DNA from: an uncultured Chloroflexia bacterium
GTDB lineage: Bacteria; Chloroflexota; Limnocylindria; Limnocylindrales; CSP1-4
Length of the DNA: 64,000 nt
Assembly (NCBI GenBank): GCA_963790955.1
Contig: CAWBQM010000001.1
Span: forward strand, 342,464 to 406,463
Direction: 5' to 3'
Shown here: positions 9,145 through 19,924 of the stretch, in pieces
Layout of the letters: each line of letters opens with the position of its first letter
How positions within the stretch are numbered: the first letter of the stretch is position 1
Notes under the pieces: generated by a model
The model's database searches: none
The model's input: the letters and a program-made list of their open reading frames with translations, nothing else
Told to the model about the DNA's origin: nothing
Translations under genes and position numbers: made by a program

Positions 9145-11537
9145 GTGACCGCCGCGATCCTCGCGATCTTCGTGCTGTCCGGCGCGGCCGGCCTCATCTA
9201 CGAGGTCGTATGGGCGCGCCAACTCGTGCTCGTGTTCGGCAACACGACCCAGGCCGTGTCCGCGATCCTGACCGGGTTTTTCGGTGGGATGGCGATCGGG
9301 AGCTGGCTGGGCGGTCGCATCGCCGATCGCGTGCGCCGGCCGCTGCGTATGTACGGGCTGCTGGAGCTTGCCCTCGTCTTCATCGTCATCGCGACGCCGT
9401 ACACGTTCCGGTTGGTTCAAGAGGCCTATCGGGGCGCCTTCGGTGCCCTCGAGACGAGCCCGAACGCGCTCGCGCTGGTTCGCTTCGGCCTGGCCCTCCT
9501 CGCACTCGGTCCCGCAACGCTGTTCATGGGTGCGACGCTCCCGACGCTCACGCGCTTCCTGAGTCGTGAGCAGCACCTCAGCCGTGCGTTCGGTCGCCTG
9601 TACGCCGCGAACACGGTCGGGGCCATTCTCGGGACCGGGTTGTCGGGCTTCGTGCTGATCGAGCTCCTTGGTCTGACGGGAACCCTGGTCGTCGGAGCCG
9701 TATGCTCGGGTACGGCGGGCATCGCGGCCCTCCTGCTCGAGCGGCGCCGGGCGAGGCAGGAGGCCGAGGTCGACGTGCTCGCACGCTCGACGATGGAGCG
9801 GTTGAGCTCGCACTCCGATCCGCCAATGTCGGGCACGCTGCCCCCGTCCGCGGGCCAGCCGCCCCGGCCTGCCGTCCTCGATGCCCTCCGGATCGATGGC
9901 GCCGGGGCGATGGCTCGACCTCGGCTGGCGATCGCGATCGCCTTCGTCTCGGGCCTCACGACGCTCGCGTACCAGGTGCTGTGGACGCGGCTGCTCGCCG
10001 AGGGAACAGGCAACTCCACGTACGTCTTCAGCATGATCCTGACGCTATTCCTGGTGGGTCTGGCGATTGGTGCTGTGATCTTTGCATCGATCAGAAACCG
10101 GATGCGCAACGTGGTGGGCCTCATCGCGTTCGCGCAGCTGGCGGCAGCCGCGCTCGCGGTCGTGGGCATGGCGGTGATTGCCGCGAACACGAGCAGTCCG
10201 CTGGGACTGGAGGCCACGTTCACCCGCCTCCTGACCGATTTCGCCCTGCCCGCGCTCATCGTCGTCGTGCCGACCACGATCCTGCTGGGGATCGTGTTTC
10301 CGGCAACGTCGGCGCTCGTCTCGGGCGAGGCGGGTCGGAGTGGGTCGCATGCAGGTCGGCTCCTCGCCGCCAATACCCTGGGCGCCATCGTCGGGACGTT
10401 CGTGCTGCCGTTCTTCGTCATCCCGGCGATCGGTTCGCCCGCGACCCTCGGGCTGGTCGCCGTGTTCAACACGCTGACCGGTCTGGCCCTGACACGCTGG
10501 GTGCCCGCCGGGGCCGGCCGGCGCGGTCCGGCTGCCCTCGCGGTGCTTGTCGCGGTCGTTCTCGTCGGGGCGGTCTCGACCGGCAACGTCTTCGTCGACC
10601 CGAGCGCCTTCAGGATCGAGCGGGCAGGGGGCACGGTCTACGCCAGCACGGAGGATGAGATCGCCTCGGTGCAGGCCGGCGATTTCGTCCAGAAGCAACT
10701 GTGGGTGACCGGGGCATCGATGACCGTGCTCACCGTCGATGCCCACCTCATGCCCATCCTGCCGCTCATGCTCCGGCCGCAGTCCCACACCGCGCTCGTC
10801 GTCGCGTTCGGCATGGGCACGGCGTTCCGGACCGCGCTCGTGGCCGGGCTCACGACCGACGCCGTGGAGCTCGTGCCGTCCGTGCCGGACATGTTCCACT
10901 GGTTCTACGACGACGCCGCGGCCGTGCTCGCGAATCCAAGGGCCGCGTGCTCATCGCCGACGGCCGCAACCACGTCGAGCTGACGAACCGCACGTACGAC
11001 ATCATCGTCACCGACCCGCCGCCGCCGATCGAGAGCTCCGGCGTGTCGGTCATCAGCTCGCTCGAGTACTACCGCGCCGCGCACGACCGCCTGACACCGG
11101 GCGGCGTGATGATGCAGTGGGTGCCGTTCGGGCAGACGCTCGACGAGTTCAAGGCCCATGTCCGCACGTTCAGCACGGTCTACCCGAACGTGCTCATCGC
11201 CATCGGCCCGGGCGGCAACGGCTTCTACATGCTCGGCTCCGACCGACCAGTTGCCTTCTCGGCCGACGCGATCCGCTCGATCCTCGAGCGCCCTGGCGTC
11301 CTGGCCGACATCTCGTCAGCGTTCGACTCACCGCACCGCACCGAATCCGAGTGGGTGACCGCCATCCCGAACCTGCAGTGGATCTCGGGCTCACAGGTCG
11401 CGCGGTTCGCCGGCGACGGGCCGCTCATCACCGACGACCACCCGCTGCCCGAGTACTTCATCCTGCGCCACGCGTTCGGCCCGGCCTCACCGCCGGTCAG
11501 CGCGTCCCTGGTCCGCTCGCTGACGCCGGCGCCGTAG
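9145..11537 (+). pseudogene. Fused polytopic-membrane (MFS-like) / spermidine-synthase-like protein; one frame break near 10,940
   Basis: The N-terminus reads AILAIFVLSGAAGLIYEVVWARQLVLVFGNTTQAVSAILTGFFGGMAIGSW, followed by many TM segments. The C-terminal part is in ORF 10701-11537 (VLIADGRNHVELTNRTYDIIVTDPPPPIESSGVSVISSLEYY..LTPGGVMMQW), a SpeE-type fold. The start is assigned to the GTG at 9145; the 120 codons upstream look non-coding. Confidence 0.75.
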
Positions 11538-11552
11538 TCTCGCGAGGCAGGC

Positions 11553-11984
11553 TCAAGGCAGCTGCGCGTCGGCCGGCAGCAGCACGAATGAGCCACCCTG
11601 GATGGGCGCGACAGCACGAAATGCGCGCTGATCGAAGGTCATGATCCGGCTCGTGCCGTACCGCGCGGCGATGACAACAAGGGATGCATCTGCAAGACCC
11701 AGCTGCAGATCTCGATAGCGTTCCACGATGCTTCGCGCGGTCGCCAATTCCTCGCTCGTCAGGCACTCGACGACGAAGGTGCCCGCGGAAAGGTCCTCGA
11801 GGAATGCGAGCTCCACGTCCACGCCCAGCCGGTCGAGGATGAGGTAGTCGGCCTCGGCCACCGCCAGCTCGGTGGTGATGAGCAGCTCTGTCTCGATCTC
11901 GAGTGCTCGGGCGACCGCGCCATGTCGAGGCTCATCCGCGTCGGCCTGCGCATACAGTGCGCCGGCGTCGAGCACCAGCGCCAT
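11553..11984 (-). CDS. vapC: PIN-domain ribonuclease toxin (VapC-type)
   Basis: 143 aa. The conserved acidic positions are LVLDAGAL, ...ELAVAEADY..., GLADASLVV and MTFDQRAF. Its ATG overlaps the stop of the upstream small gene (ATGA). Confidence 0.8.
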   Translation of the reverse strand: MALVLDAGALYAQADADEPRHGAVARALEIETELLITTELAVAEADYLILDRLGVDVELAFLEDLSAGTFVVECLTSEELATARSIVERYRDLQLGLADASLVVIAARYGTSRIMTFDQRAFRAVAPIQGGSFVLLPADAQLP

Positions 11985-12217
11985 CAGCGCTCGCCGATGA
12001 CCTTGCGATAGACGGCGTCGGACGACCAGCGCTCGATCGGCCGGCCGCCGCCCCGGCCCTTACCCAGGCTATGGAACGTCCGGCCTCGGTTCGTATCGCT
12101 GATCACCCGCCTGATGCCCTCGCGGATCAGTTCGGCCTGGGGCCTGCCGGCGGTTCGAGCCGCGCGCTGGAGGCCTTCGGCCTCGTCGTTTGTCAGGTAG
12201 ACGGACGTCTTCTTCAT
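11984..12217 (-). CDS. vapB: Ribbon-helix-helix (CopG-like) antitoxin (VapB-type)
   Basis: 77 aa. MKKTSVYLTNDEAEGLQRAARTAGRPQAELIREGIRRVI fits a beta-strand plus two helices, as in RHH proteins. It overlaps vapC by 4 nt. Confidence 0.75.
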   Translation of the reverse strand: MKKTSVYLTNDEAEGLQRAARTAGRPQAELIREGIRRVISDTNRGRTFHSLGKGRGGGRPIERWSSDAVYRKVIGER

Positions 12218-12262
12218 AGGCTGTAGGGTACCCTACATGCGCGAAGTCGAATGCGATCCCCG

Positions 12263-13367
12263 TCACGGACGGCGCAGAATCTCAATTCGGGTCGTCGCCC
12301 AGTAGCGCTCGGCGTAGCCGCTGCCGCCGCCGAGCTCGGCGACGCGCCGGCCGTAGCCGCGGACCGCGTCGGCCATCTGGCGCCGGCCGCCGAAGAGCCG
12401 GCTCGAGCTGGCTCTCGTACAGCGAGATGCCCGTGATCTTGCGCTCGACCTGGTCGCTCACGTCGGCGTACTCGGCCGCCACCGACACGTCCTCCGGCAG
12501 CCCGAGCAGGGCGCCGTCGGGCAGGTCGCCGAGCTGCGTGAAGTCGTCCCACCACGCGTACGGGAAGTCCTCGTAGAACACGAGCTTGCCCGCGTACTCG
12601 GGCCCGGGCATGACCCACCGACGCGCCTCGTCGAGCAGCGCCAGGCCCGCGTCGCGGCAGTGCTGGTGGTCGACGTGGTTGCCGACCGCGAGCGGCAGAT
12701 ACACGCGCTGGGGCTCAAGCCGTCCGATCTCGACGCGCAGCCGCTCGATCGGAGCCGGATCGTCGTCGCGCGCCAGCCCGAGCAGCTCGTCGTCGCCCGT
12801 GTAGCCCCGGAAGGCAGCGTCGGGCAGGTCGAGGAACACGACCGAGGCCTCGGCGAAGTACGCGAAACGCTCGTCCTCGAGTCGCCGGCGGGCCATCGCG
12901 TCGCCGGCCGCGGCCGCGTCGACGACCTCGTCGGTCAGCACCGCACCCTGGGTCGGCAGGGCGTCCATGAGGGCCTGGCCGGCGAGCGGCTCGTTGCGAA
13001 TGCTCGCCCGGCGATACCACGACGAGCGCTGCCAGAAGCGCTTGGCCGCGCTGTCGGCGTCACCCTGGGTGGCGTCCAGACGATCCTCGGTCGCGGCCCA
13101 GGCGGGCAGCAGCGCGGGGTCGCCCGGATCGACCGGGTAGTCGGCCGCGATGTCGGCCCGATTGAACGCCTCGGTCGCCGGCCACACGGCCTTCGTCCCG
13201 AACCCGACCGCGTCGCGCTGATGCGGCGGGAGCGACTCGCCGGCGGCGCTGCCCGAGTACACGGTCAGGATCGTGACGTTCTGCCCGAGCTCACGCAGGT
13301 TTGCGATCAGGCCGCCGCACGACAGGGCGGCGTCATCGGGATGGGGCGCGACGAAGACGTGCGTCAT
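12263..13367 (-). pseudogene. PIG-L/LmbE-family N-acetylglucosaminyl deacetylase; one frame break near 12,400
   Basis: It starts MTHVFVAPHPDDAALSCGGLI (the PIG-L AHPDD motif) and contains ...NHVDHQH... After YESQLE the frame shifts to ...RLFGGRRQMADAVRGYGRRVAELGGGSGYAERYWATTRIEILRRP*. The ORF-track N-terminal extension to 13715 is Arg-rich and was not used. Confidence 0.75.
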
Positions 13368-13528
13368 GGCTGGCGAGTATAGCGGCGAGCCGGCCGGCGC
13401 TCGAAGCGAGACGGCTGTGAGGCGGTGGCCGCCTGCTCTTGATGCGCGAACGACGCCGCTCCCGTAGCATCCGCGTCGGCGGGTCCGGGCGGACAGCTCG
13501 GTTCCCGACCTGCCTGATGGAGTGACAT

Positions 13529-14227
13529 ATGCCCGGGGAGAGCCTTCGTCGTCGGCGCCTGCTGCTGCCGATCGTCGCGAGCGTCGTGGCGCTCGTCGCG
13601 GCGGCCTGCGGAGCGTCGTCCTCACCAAGCCCGTCCAGCGCAGCGAGCCTGCCCGTCGCGAGCTCTGCCGCACCCGCCGCCAGCTCCGCCGCGCCCTCGA
13701 CCGGGGCGTCGGCATCGGCGGCCGAATCGCCGGCCCAATCGAGTGGTACGAGCAGCGTGCCGTCGGTCGCCCTGCCCTCGTTCCACGAGGCGCCCGATCT
13801 CGAGGCGCAGCTGCCCGATCAGGTCGGGACCGAGACGCTCCAGAAGCTGAGCTTCTCGGGCGCGAGCGTGCTGAACAACCCGGCCGGCCAGACGGCTCCC
13901 CAGATCCAGCAGGCGCTCGGTGCGCTGGGCAAGTCGGTCAACGATGTCAGCATCGCGATCGCCGGGTCCAGCAGCGTGCAGATCGGCGCGTACCGGGTGG
14001 CCGGGGTCGACGGCAACACGCTGCTGGGTCTCATTCAGCAGGCCATGGCCCAGGGCGGCTCGGCCATGACCATGACCGATGCCAACGTGGGCGGCAAGTC
14101 CGTCAAGGTCGGAACGGAGTCGGGGAGCGGCACGACCGAGTACTTCTACGCACACGGTGACGTGCTGTTCTTCGTGACCGCCGACACGGACGCGCTCGTC
14201 AACGAGGCCCTGTCCAAGCTCCCCTGA
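13529..14227 (+). CDS. Lipoprotein, function unknown
   Basis: Signal peptide with a lipobox (LVAAAC|G), a long Ser/Ala/Pro tether, then a ~130-aa globular part. Confidence 0.7.
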   Translation: MPGESLRRRRLLLPIVASVVALVAAACGASSSPSPSSAASLPVASSAAPAASSAAPSTGASASAAESPAQSSGTSSVPSVALPSFHEAPDLEAQLPDQVGTETLQKLSFSGASVLNNPAGQTAPQIQQALGALGKSVNDVSIAIAGSSSVQIGAYRVAGVDGNTLLGLIQQAMAQGGSAMTMTDANVGGKSVKVGTESGSGTTEYFYAHGDVLFFVTADTDALVNEALSKLP

Positions 14228-14308
14228 TGAACCGATGTGGGCTGCCGGGCGGGGTCGATGCTCGGCCCGGCAGCCGGGCGGCTCGGCCAGACGGAGGCGC
14301 GCCTGGAC

Positions 14309-15007
14309 CTATGCCGGACCGAAGCCTTCGGCCCCAAGCAGGGGCACGAACACGCACGGCCCGTCCGACTCGTCGAGCCACTCGTCGGCCCGGCGGGTGA
14401 CGACCCGCAGGTCCTGGCGGTCGCGCGGCCCGACCGGGATGACGAGCCGGCCGCCGTCCGGATCGAGTTGCGCTCGGAGGGTCTGGGGCACGTGCGGCGA
14501 GGCGGCCGTCACGATGATGCCTGGCCACGGACCCTCGTCCGGCAGCCCGAGGCTGCCGTCGCCGACTCGCACCTCGACCCGGTCGGCGTAACCGAGCGAC
14601 TCGAGTAGGCCCCTCGCGGTCAGCGCCAGCTCGGGCATGCGCTCGATCGAGGTCACTCGGCAGCCGATCTCCGCGAGCACCGCCGCCTGGTAGCCCGAGC
14701 CGGTCCCGATCTCGAGGATCCGCATGCCCAGCTGCGGGTGCAGCAGCTCGGTCATGCGCGCGACGATGTACGGCTGGCTGATCGACTGGCCGGCGGGTAA
14801 CGGCAGTGCGTCGTCCGAGTAGGCAAGCTCGCGACGCCAGCCGGGCACGAACGCCTCGCGCGGGACGCGATTCATCGCGGCGAGCACGTGCTCGTCCTCG
14901 ATTCCACGTCGCCGAAGCTGCCGCTCGACCATTGCCGAGCGCGCCTCCGCGAAGGCGTCGACCTCGGTCACAGGGCCGAGCATAGGCGCGTCAGCCGCGG
15001 ATGACAC
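14309..15007 (-). CDS. pcm: Protein-L-isoaspartate O-methyltransferase
   Basis: REAFVP...AYSDDALPLPAGQSISQPYIVARMTELL...ILEIGTGSGYQAAVLAE...V.SIER...GDG..G.P..GPW..IIVTAA match the Pcm motifs. An alternative start lies at 14983. Confidence 0.85.
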   Translation of the reverse strand: MSSAADAPMLGPVTEVDAFAEARSAMVERQLRRRGIEDEHVLAAMNRVPREAFVPGWRRELAYSDDALPLPAGQSISQPYIVARMTELLHPQLGMRILEIGTGSGYQAAVLAEIGCRVTSIERMPELALTARGLLESLGYADRVEVRVGDGSLGLPDEGPWPGIIVTAASPHVPQTLRAQLDPDGGRLVIPVGPRDRQDLRVVTRRADEWLDESDGPCVFVPLLGAEGFGPA

Positions 15008-15109
15008 CTGCCACCCGGCCCAGTTCGGTGTCTCATCGACGTGACGCCGGGGCCGGATCCGGTTCGCTTCGCGTTTCCCGGCCCCAGGGCGTGCGCGATG
15101 GCGTGTGGG

Positions 15110-15679
15110 CTAGGGCGAGCTCGATGGTGACGGGCTGGGCGAGGCGAGCGACGACCCGCCGGCCGAAGCCGACGGCGAGGCCGATTCGGTGCCACTGCCT
15201 GATGGGGCGACGCTGGCCGACGCGCTCGCGGACGCGCTGGGGCTCGGCGATGCGGACACGCTCGGGATCGGCGTCGGGGTGGCGATCGGCGTGAGCGCTC
15301 CGCCGCTGCCGAGGAGGATCCCGTACAGCAGGATCGCCGCGAACGCGATGACCGATCCGATCACGAAGATGGCCGAGATCCGATCGTCGACGTGGATCCC
15401 GAGCTCGGCCGCGCTGGGCTGCGCGATGCTGCCCCGAACGACGGGTCGGGCGCCTCGAGCCGCTCCGGCCGCCCCGGCTGCGCCCGCTGCCTCGGCCTCG
15501 AGGGTCTCCTCGTCCTCGAGCTCCTGCTCGTTGTCGGCCTCGTCCTCGTCCTCGGGCTCGTCGTTCTCGGCCTCGTCCTCGTCCTCGGGCTCGTCGTTCT
15601 CGGCGTCGTCGTCCTCGGTCTCGTCGTCCGGTCGCTCGACCTCGTCGGCCGTCGAGCGCTCGTTGTCAGGCCCGGTCAT
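15110..15679 (-). CDS. Single-pass membrane protein with an acidic N-terminal region and a Ser/Pro-rich C-terminal region
   Basis: 189 aa. There is a D/E-rich segment with a duplicated ENDEPEDEDEA block, one TM helix (ISAIFVIGSVIAFAAILLYGILLG), then ATPTPIPSVSASPSPSASASASAS... No family was recognised. Confidence 0.6.
   Translation of the reverse strand: MTGPDNERSTADEVERPDDETEDDDAENDEPEDEDEAENDEPEDEDEADNEQELEDEETLEAEAAGAAGAAGAARGARPVVRGSIAQPSAAELGIHVDDRISAIFVIGSVIAFAAILLYGILLGSGGALTPIATPTPIPSVSASPSPSASASASASVAPSGSGTESASPSASAGGSSLASPSPSPSSSP
15538..15603. repeat. Perfect 33-bp tandem duplication inside the acidic-protein CDS
   Basis: cctcgtcctcgtcctcgggctcgtcgttctcgg occurs at 15538-15570 and again at 15571-15603. 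Confidence 0.9.
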
Positions 15680-15828
15680 TCGGTCGGCTTCGCTCCTCGT
15701 GGATCCCGCGCAGCGGGCGCATCGACACCCCGGCAGGCGGGCGCCAGTGTACCGGAGCGCCGATCATCGCTGCCGGCCGCCGGGTCGGGCGCCGCGGCGG
15801 GGCGCTGAGCGTGCGGGGGGCCCAATCC

Positions 15829-16000
15829 CTCACCCCGTGAGCGAATCGCCGGGTCCCGGGCGGTCGTACCCGCCGATACCGCGTCTTCCACTCACCCCGT
15901 GAGCAAATCGCCGGGTCCCGGGCGGTCGGACCTGCCCGCATCGCGTCTTCCGCTCACCCGGTGAGCGAATCGCCGGCCCCGGACGGGCCGATCGTCACGC
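15829..16000. repeat. 62-bp intergenic tandem repeat, about 2.8 copies
   Basis: Units start at 15829, 15891 and 15953. Each starts CTCACCC(C/G)GTGAG (dyad) followed by CGAATCGCCGGGTCCCGGGCGGTC (second dyad, CCGGGTCCCGG). The array lies between the MFS stop (15995) and the next gene's start (15679). Confidence 0.9.
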
Positions 16001-17250
16001 GTCGCGCACCTCGGGCACGAGCAGACCGGCGAGACCGGCGGCCAGGGTGATGCCGCCGAACACGAACAGCACGGCCTGTACGCCGATCAATTCGGTGAGC
16101 ACGCCGCCCACAGCCATCGCCAGGGTCATGGCGCCGAAAACGAGGGCGAAGCGGAATCCGACCACGCGGCCGATCATGTCGGCCGGTGCCCGTTGCTGGA
16201 ACAGCGTCTGGCTGGGGATGACGTAGACCATATTCGCGATGCCCGCGCCGACCATGAACGCGATGGCGACCGGAAGCGAGCCGGTCAGCGCGAGACCCAT
16301 CGTGCACAGTCCGTACACCGTGTAGCCGACGATGACGAGCCGGCCCTTCGCGAGCCGTGCCCCGATCATGCCCACGACAAACCCGCCGACGAGGTTGCCG
16401 ACTCCCATGCCGGTCTCGAGGAAGGCATACGTGGCGCTCGCGTCGAACGGCTGGCTGCGCACGACCTCGTCGGCGTAGATGAACGTCACGGCGAGCGTCA
16501 CGCCCGTCGTGAACTGGCCGGCCACGCCTTGCAGCGTGTTGGCGAGCAGGACGGTCTCCGTGCGCAGGAACCGCCAGCCGGCCTTGAGCTCGCGCAGGAA
16601 GTCTTCCTCGGCTTCGGCGCCGCGATTCCGTGCCGGCCGCGGGGGCACCGCCATGGACGTGATGAGCACCGCCGACGCGACGTACGTGGCGGCATCGATC
16701 CAGAACGCGAGCGGCAGCGCGTCGGCCAGGAAGAACACGAACAGGCCCGCAAGCGGGTAGCCCAGGATGTCGGCCATCGTGTCGCCGAGCCAGGACGCCG
16801 AATTGGCGGTGATCAGGTCGTCTTCGTTGACGATCTCGCGGCAGGATCGCGGTCTTGGCCGGGCGGAAGAAGATCGAGATGGACGTGACGGTGAAGACGA
16901 GTGGGTAGACGAGGAACAGGTTGATGGCCGCGGCGACGGGCACGAGCAGCACGGTCGATGCCCGCAGGAGGTCGCTGACGACGAGCACTTCCTTGTGATC
17001 CCAGCGGTCCACGAGCGTGCCCGCGATGGGGCTCAGCATCAGGTTGGGCAGCGTCGCGGCAACGAACGCCAGGGCGACCGCGATGGGGGAGCCCGTGACC
17101 GCGAACACGAGCGTGGCGAGCGCAACCTGGTGGACCCGGTCGCCGAACAGGCTGATGAGCTGGCCGGTCCACAGGGCGGTGAATGACGAGTTGAGGACCA
17201 GCCGGACATACGGATGCCGGCGCGCCCGCTCGATGATCGGCGGGACGGCC
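15995..17250 (-). pseudogene. MFS transporter; frame break near 16,830; start uncertain
   Basis: The N-terminal half (FTALWTGQLISLFGDRVHQVALATLVFAVTGSPIAVALAFVAATLPNLMLSPIAGTLVDRWD...) is in the frame of ORF 15954-17861. The C-terminal half is ORF 15995-16777. No in-frame ATG/GTG precedes the first TM. An ATG at 17209 lies in a neighbouring frame. Confidence 0.75.
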
Positions 17251-17479
17251 GGTCGCGGCCGGACGAGCGGCTCCGTCGAGGCCCGCCCGCTCGCCGTCGA
17301 TGCCCAGGGGCCCGAGTGCGGGCGCCGCCAGACCCGCCCCCGCCCCGGCCAGGACGAGTGGACGCTGGAGGCTCGAGGCCTCGGCGAGCCCGGTCGAGAA
17401 GCCAGTCTCCGACCGAACGCCGCGCGGTCCGCGCCGACCGAGGACGGCTGGAGGTCGCGTCCGCGCCAGCCGGCGCACC

Positions 17480-18066
17480 GATCGCGGCCGCGTCGACCTC
17501 GAGCGGTTCGTCGGGTGGCGCGAACGAGCGTCGCGAACAGGAAGAAGCCGAGGCCCGCGGTCAGGAAGATGTCGCCGATCGAGGCGACGTTCGAGACGAA
17601 TCGGCAGGGGGATCGGGATGATGTCGCCGAGCGGGCCCGCGTGGAGCAGGAACGAGGCGTTGAGCTGGCTGGGAGCAGCGTGTGGAACGATGTGGAGCGT
17701 GATCCGTCGGCGGAGGCCGGCGGCGTCAGGCTCGGCGGCCAGATCGGCATGCGGCCGCCGTTGGCGACGATCGCGACGGCGTTGCGACAGGATCCCGACG
17801 AAGGCCATGGCGATGCCCGGGTAGCGGCGGTTCGCCCACAGCGCGACGAGCAGCAGGCCATACGCGCGCCGCCGAGGAGCGGCAGGCGGAGGGTCTCGGC
17901 GAGCGCCGACCCCGTGGTCGAGCAGGAACTCGGTCGCCGAAGCGGACGACGACGGCGAGGAACAGCGTCGCGACCCAGCGCAGCCGGATGGTGGCCGAGG
18001 TGCTCGATGCGGCCGCCGGCAGCGAGGCCCGCGACCAGGCCGAGTGCGATGCCGCCGAGTCAGCAC
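17480..18066 (-). pseudogene. DUF5317-like small membrane protein; at least 4 frame breaks
   Basis: Stitched pieces are GIALGLVAGLAAGGRIEHL / IRLRWVATLFLAVVV / LLLVALWANRRYPGIAMAFVGILSN / AVAIVANGGRMPIW / FLLHAGPLGDIIPIPLPI / SNVASIGDIFLTAGLGFFLFATL. The family name is from memory of the VANGG.MP and IGD..S.G motifs. The 3' end is approximate. Confidence 0.45.
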
Positions 18067-18074
18067 GCCTCAGT

Positions 18075-19530
18075 CTACGGCGTCGACCTGCATGCGCATC
18101 GGGCCGCCGGCCAGTCTCGTCGGCTGCGCTCGTCGAGCCTCGGCGGGCCTGAGGCCGACTGAGCCATCCGGCCCGCCGCCTGCGAGAGCAGGGGGATCGG
18201 CCGCGGCTCGACCGCGCGGCCCGGGTCGGCCACACCCTCGACCCACTTCGTGCGCACGAACGCGTCCACGACCTGCGGGTCGAACTGGATGCCCGCGAAC
18301 TTGCGCAGCTCGCCGAACGCCTGCTCCGCCGTGAGCGGCGTCATGCGGTACGGGCGGGCGGCCGTCATCGCCTCGAACGCGTCGGCGACGTGGAGCAGCC
18401 GGGCGAGCTGCGGGATCTCGTCGCCGATGAGCCGGTCGGGGTAGCCCGAGCCGTTGTACCACTCGTGGTGGTGGCGGATGATCGGCAGCTCCGCGCGCCA
18501 GCTTGGCCACCGGCGCGATGATCTCCGCGCCCAGCACCGGGTGGGCGTTCATGATCATCCGCTCTTCGCGGGTCAGGCGCTCCTGCTTGAGCAGGACGTT
18601 GTCGGCGACGCCGATCTTGCCGACGTCGTGGAGCAGGCCGCCCCACTCGAGCGCCTCGAGCTCGCCTCGCTCAGCCGCATGACCCGCCCGATGTCGACGG
18701 CGATGTCCTTGACCCGGCTGGCTGTGCTTGCTGGTGAAGGGATCCCGCTTGTCGACGGCCTGCGCCAGGCTCCGATGGTCTGCGTGAACATCTCGCGCAT
18801 CTCGACGAACCGGTGATGCCGAGCCGGGTCGTGTAGAGCGGCAGAGCGAACAGGAGGGACGCCCACCAACCTGCGCCGGGCACTAGTACGATCCGGGCCA
18901 TGAGCCACGCGAGCGGAGACAGGCCAAGGAGGCTCGACGAGAAATGCCGCGCACGTCGCCAATTAGCACAGCGCGATATGGCTGGTTCGTTCGCAGACGA
19001 CGCCACGGCCGAGGCGCAACACCAAGTTGAGCCCGAAGAACACGGCCGCGCCGACAGTCGCCGACAAAGTCGAGCAATCAGATCGTTGCCACGGGCTGCG
19101 CTGTGGCCAGATCAGCTCACGAGCAGACCAGCCGCCGCGCGAGCGCGGGAGCGGCGGCCTCGCGTGGTTTGCAGAGTGCCCGTACCAGGGCGATCCGACC
19201 TCGGAGCTCGCGCCTTCTGTCGTGCCCAACGCAGCGACCCAGCCCGGCGCCAATGGGCCGCCAAGGGCCATGGCGGCAACGATGGGGGCGATCGAAACGC
19301 CAACGTACGTGCCCCGCGGCATCCTGATGGGGAGAGCCGACGTTAAGAGCGTCACAACAACCCAGAAGGCGAGGCCCAGCCAGACCTGCCCAGGACGTGG
19401 GGTCGGCCGCTCCCGTGATCGCGATGTGGGGGTCCACGGGAATTGCAAGGCTCGTGACCAGCAGCGCGACTGCGCTGGCGACCACGAGCCCCGTGATGAG
19501 AAGCTTTAGCGAAGAGGACATTCCCGGCAT
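18075..19530 (-). pseudogene. Membrane-anchored HD-GYP-domain phosphodiesterase; at least 6 frame breaks
   Basis: The N-terminus has TM helices (MPGMSSSLKLLITGLVVASAVALLV..., LPIRMPRGTYVGVSIAPIVAAMALGG). The HD-GYP core is stitched from several ORFs: LLHDVGKIGV, IIRHHHEWYNGSGYPDRL and LLHVADAFEAMTAARPYR...FDPQVVDAF. Confidence 0.75.
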
Positions 19531-19904
19531 TCTGGACGTTTGGGTCCAGCAAATCTAGGCCCTCGCCCCTCGGGACGTACCAGGGACCAAAGTACCGGTC
19601 AGAACCCCTGAGGGTCGCTCCTCCGGCAAGCGCCGTCGCCGCGATGGCGCCGACGGCGCCGAGGATGCGGAATAGCCGATATCTCATCGGTCGATGCTCC
19701 GCTCGCTCCCTACCAACCCTTGACGGTGCTCTCGGGATGCACGCTCGATCCTCCTTGCGGCCTTCGTCGACCGTGCCCCCACGCACGACAAACGAAAACC
19801 GACCAGTCTCGTTTGGCCGGTCGGTTGCACTACTCGCTCCGCTCCCACCCTAAGTGCCCATTTCAGGTGGCGCTTCTGCGCGTCCGAGCGTCTTAACTTC
19901 GCCT

Positions 19905-19924
19905 CCTAGTACGGGGGTACTAGG
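19905..19924. other. Perfect hairpin (8-bp stem, GGGG loop) about 105 nt downstream of the SARP-module end
   Basis: CCTAGTAC-GGGG-GTACTAGG. There is no U-tract on either strand, so a terminator role is only a possibility. Confidence 0.3.

Noticed and set aside
13368-13715. N-terminal extension of the LmbE-type ORF (ORF-track start 13715)
   Set aside because: It consists of 116 Arg-rich codons. The PIG-L family begins at the …VAPHPDD motif, immediately after the Met at 13367.
19352-19687. Possible small secreted protein (MRYRLFRILGAVGAIAATALAGGATL…) upstream of HD-GYP
   Set aside because: It has a signal-peptide-like start and a GGAG upstream. However, the ORF runs 180 nt into the HD-GYP gene in another frame, in a break-dense region. 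There is not enough evidence to call it.
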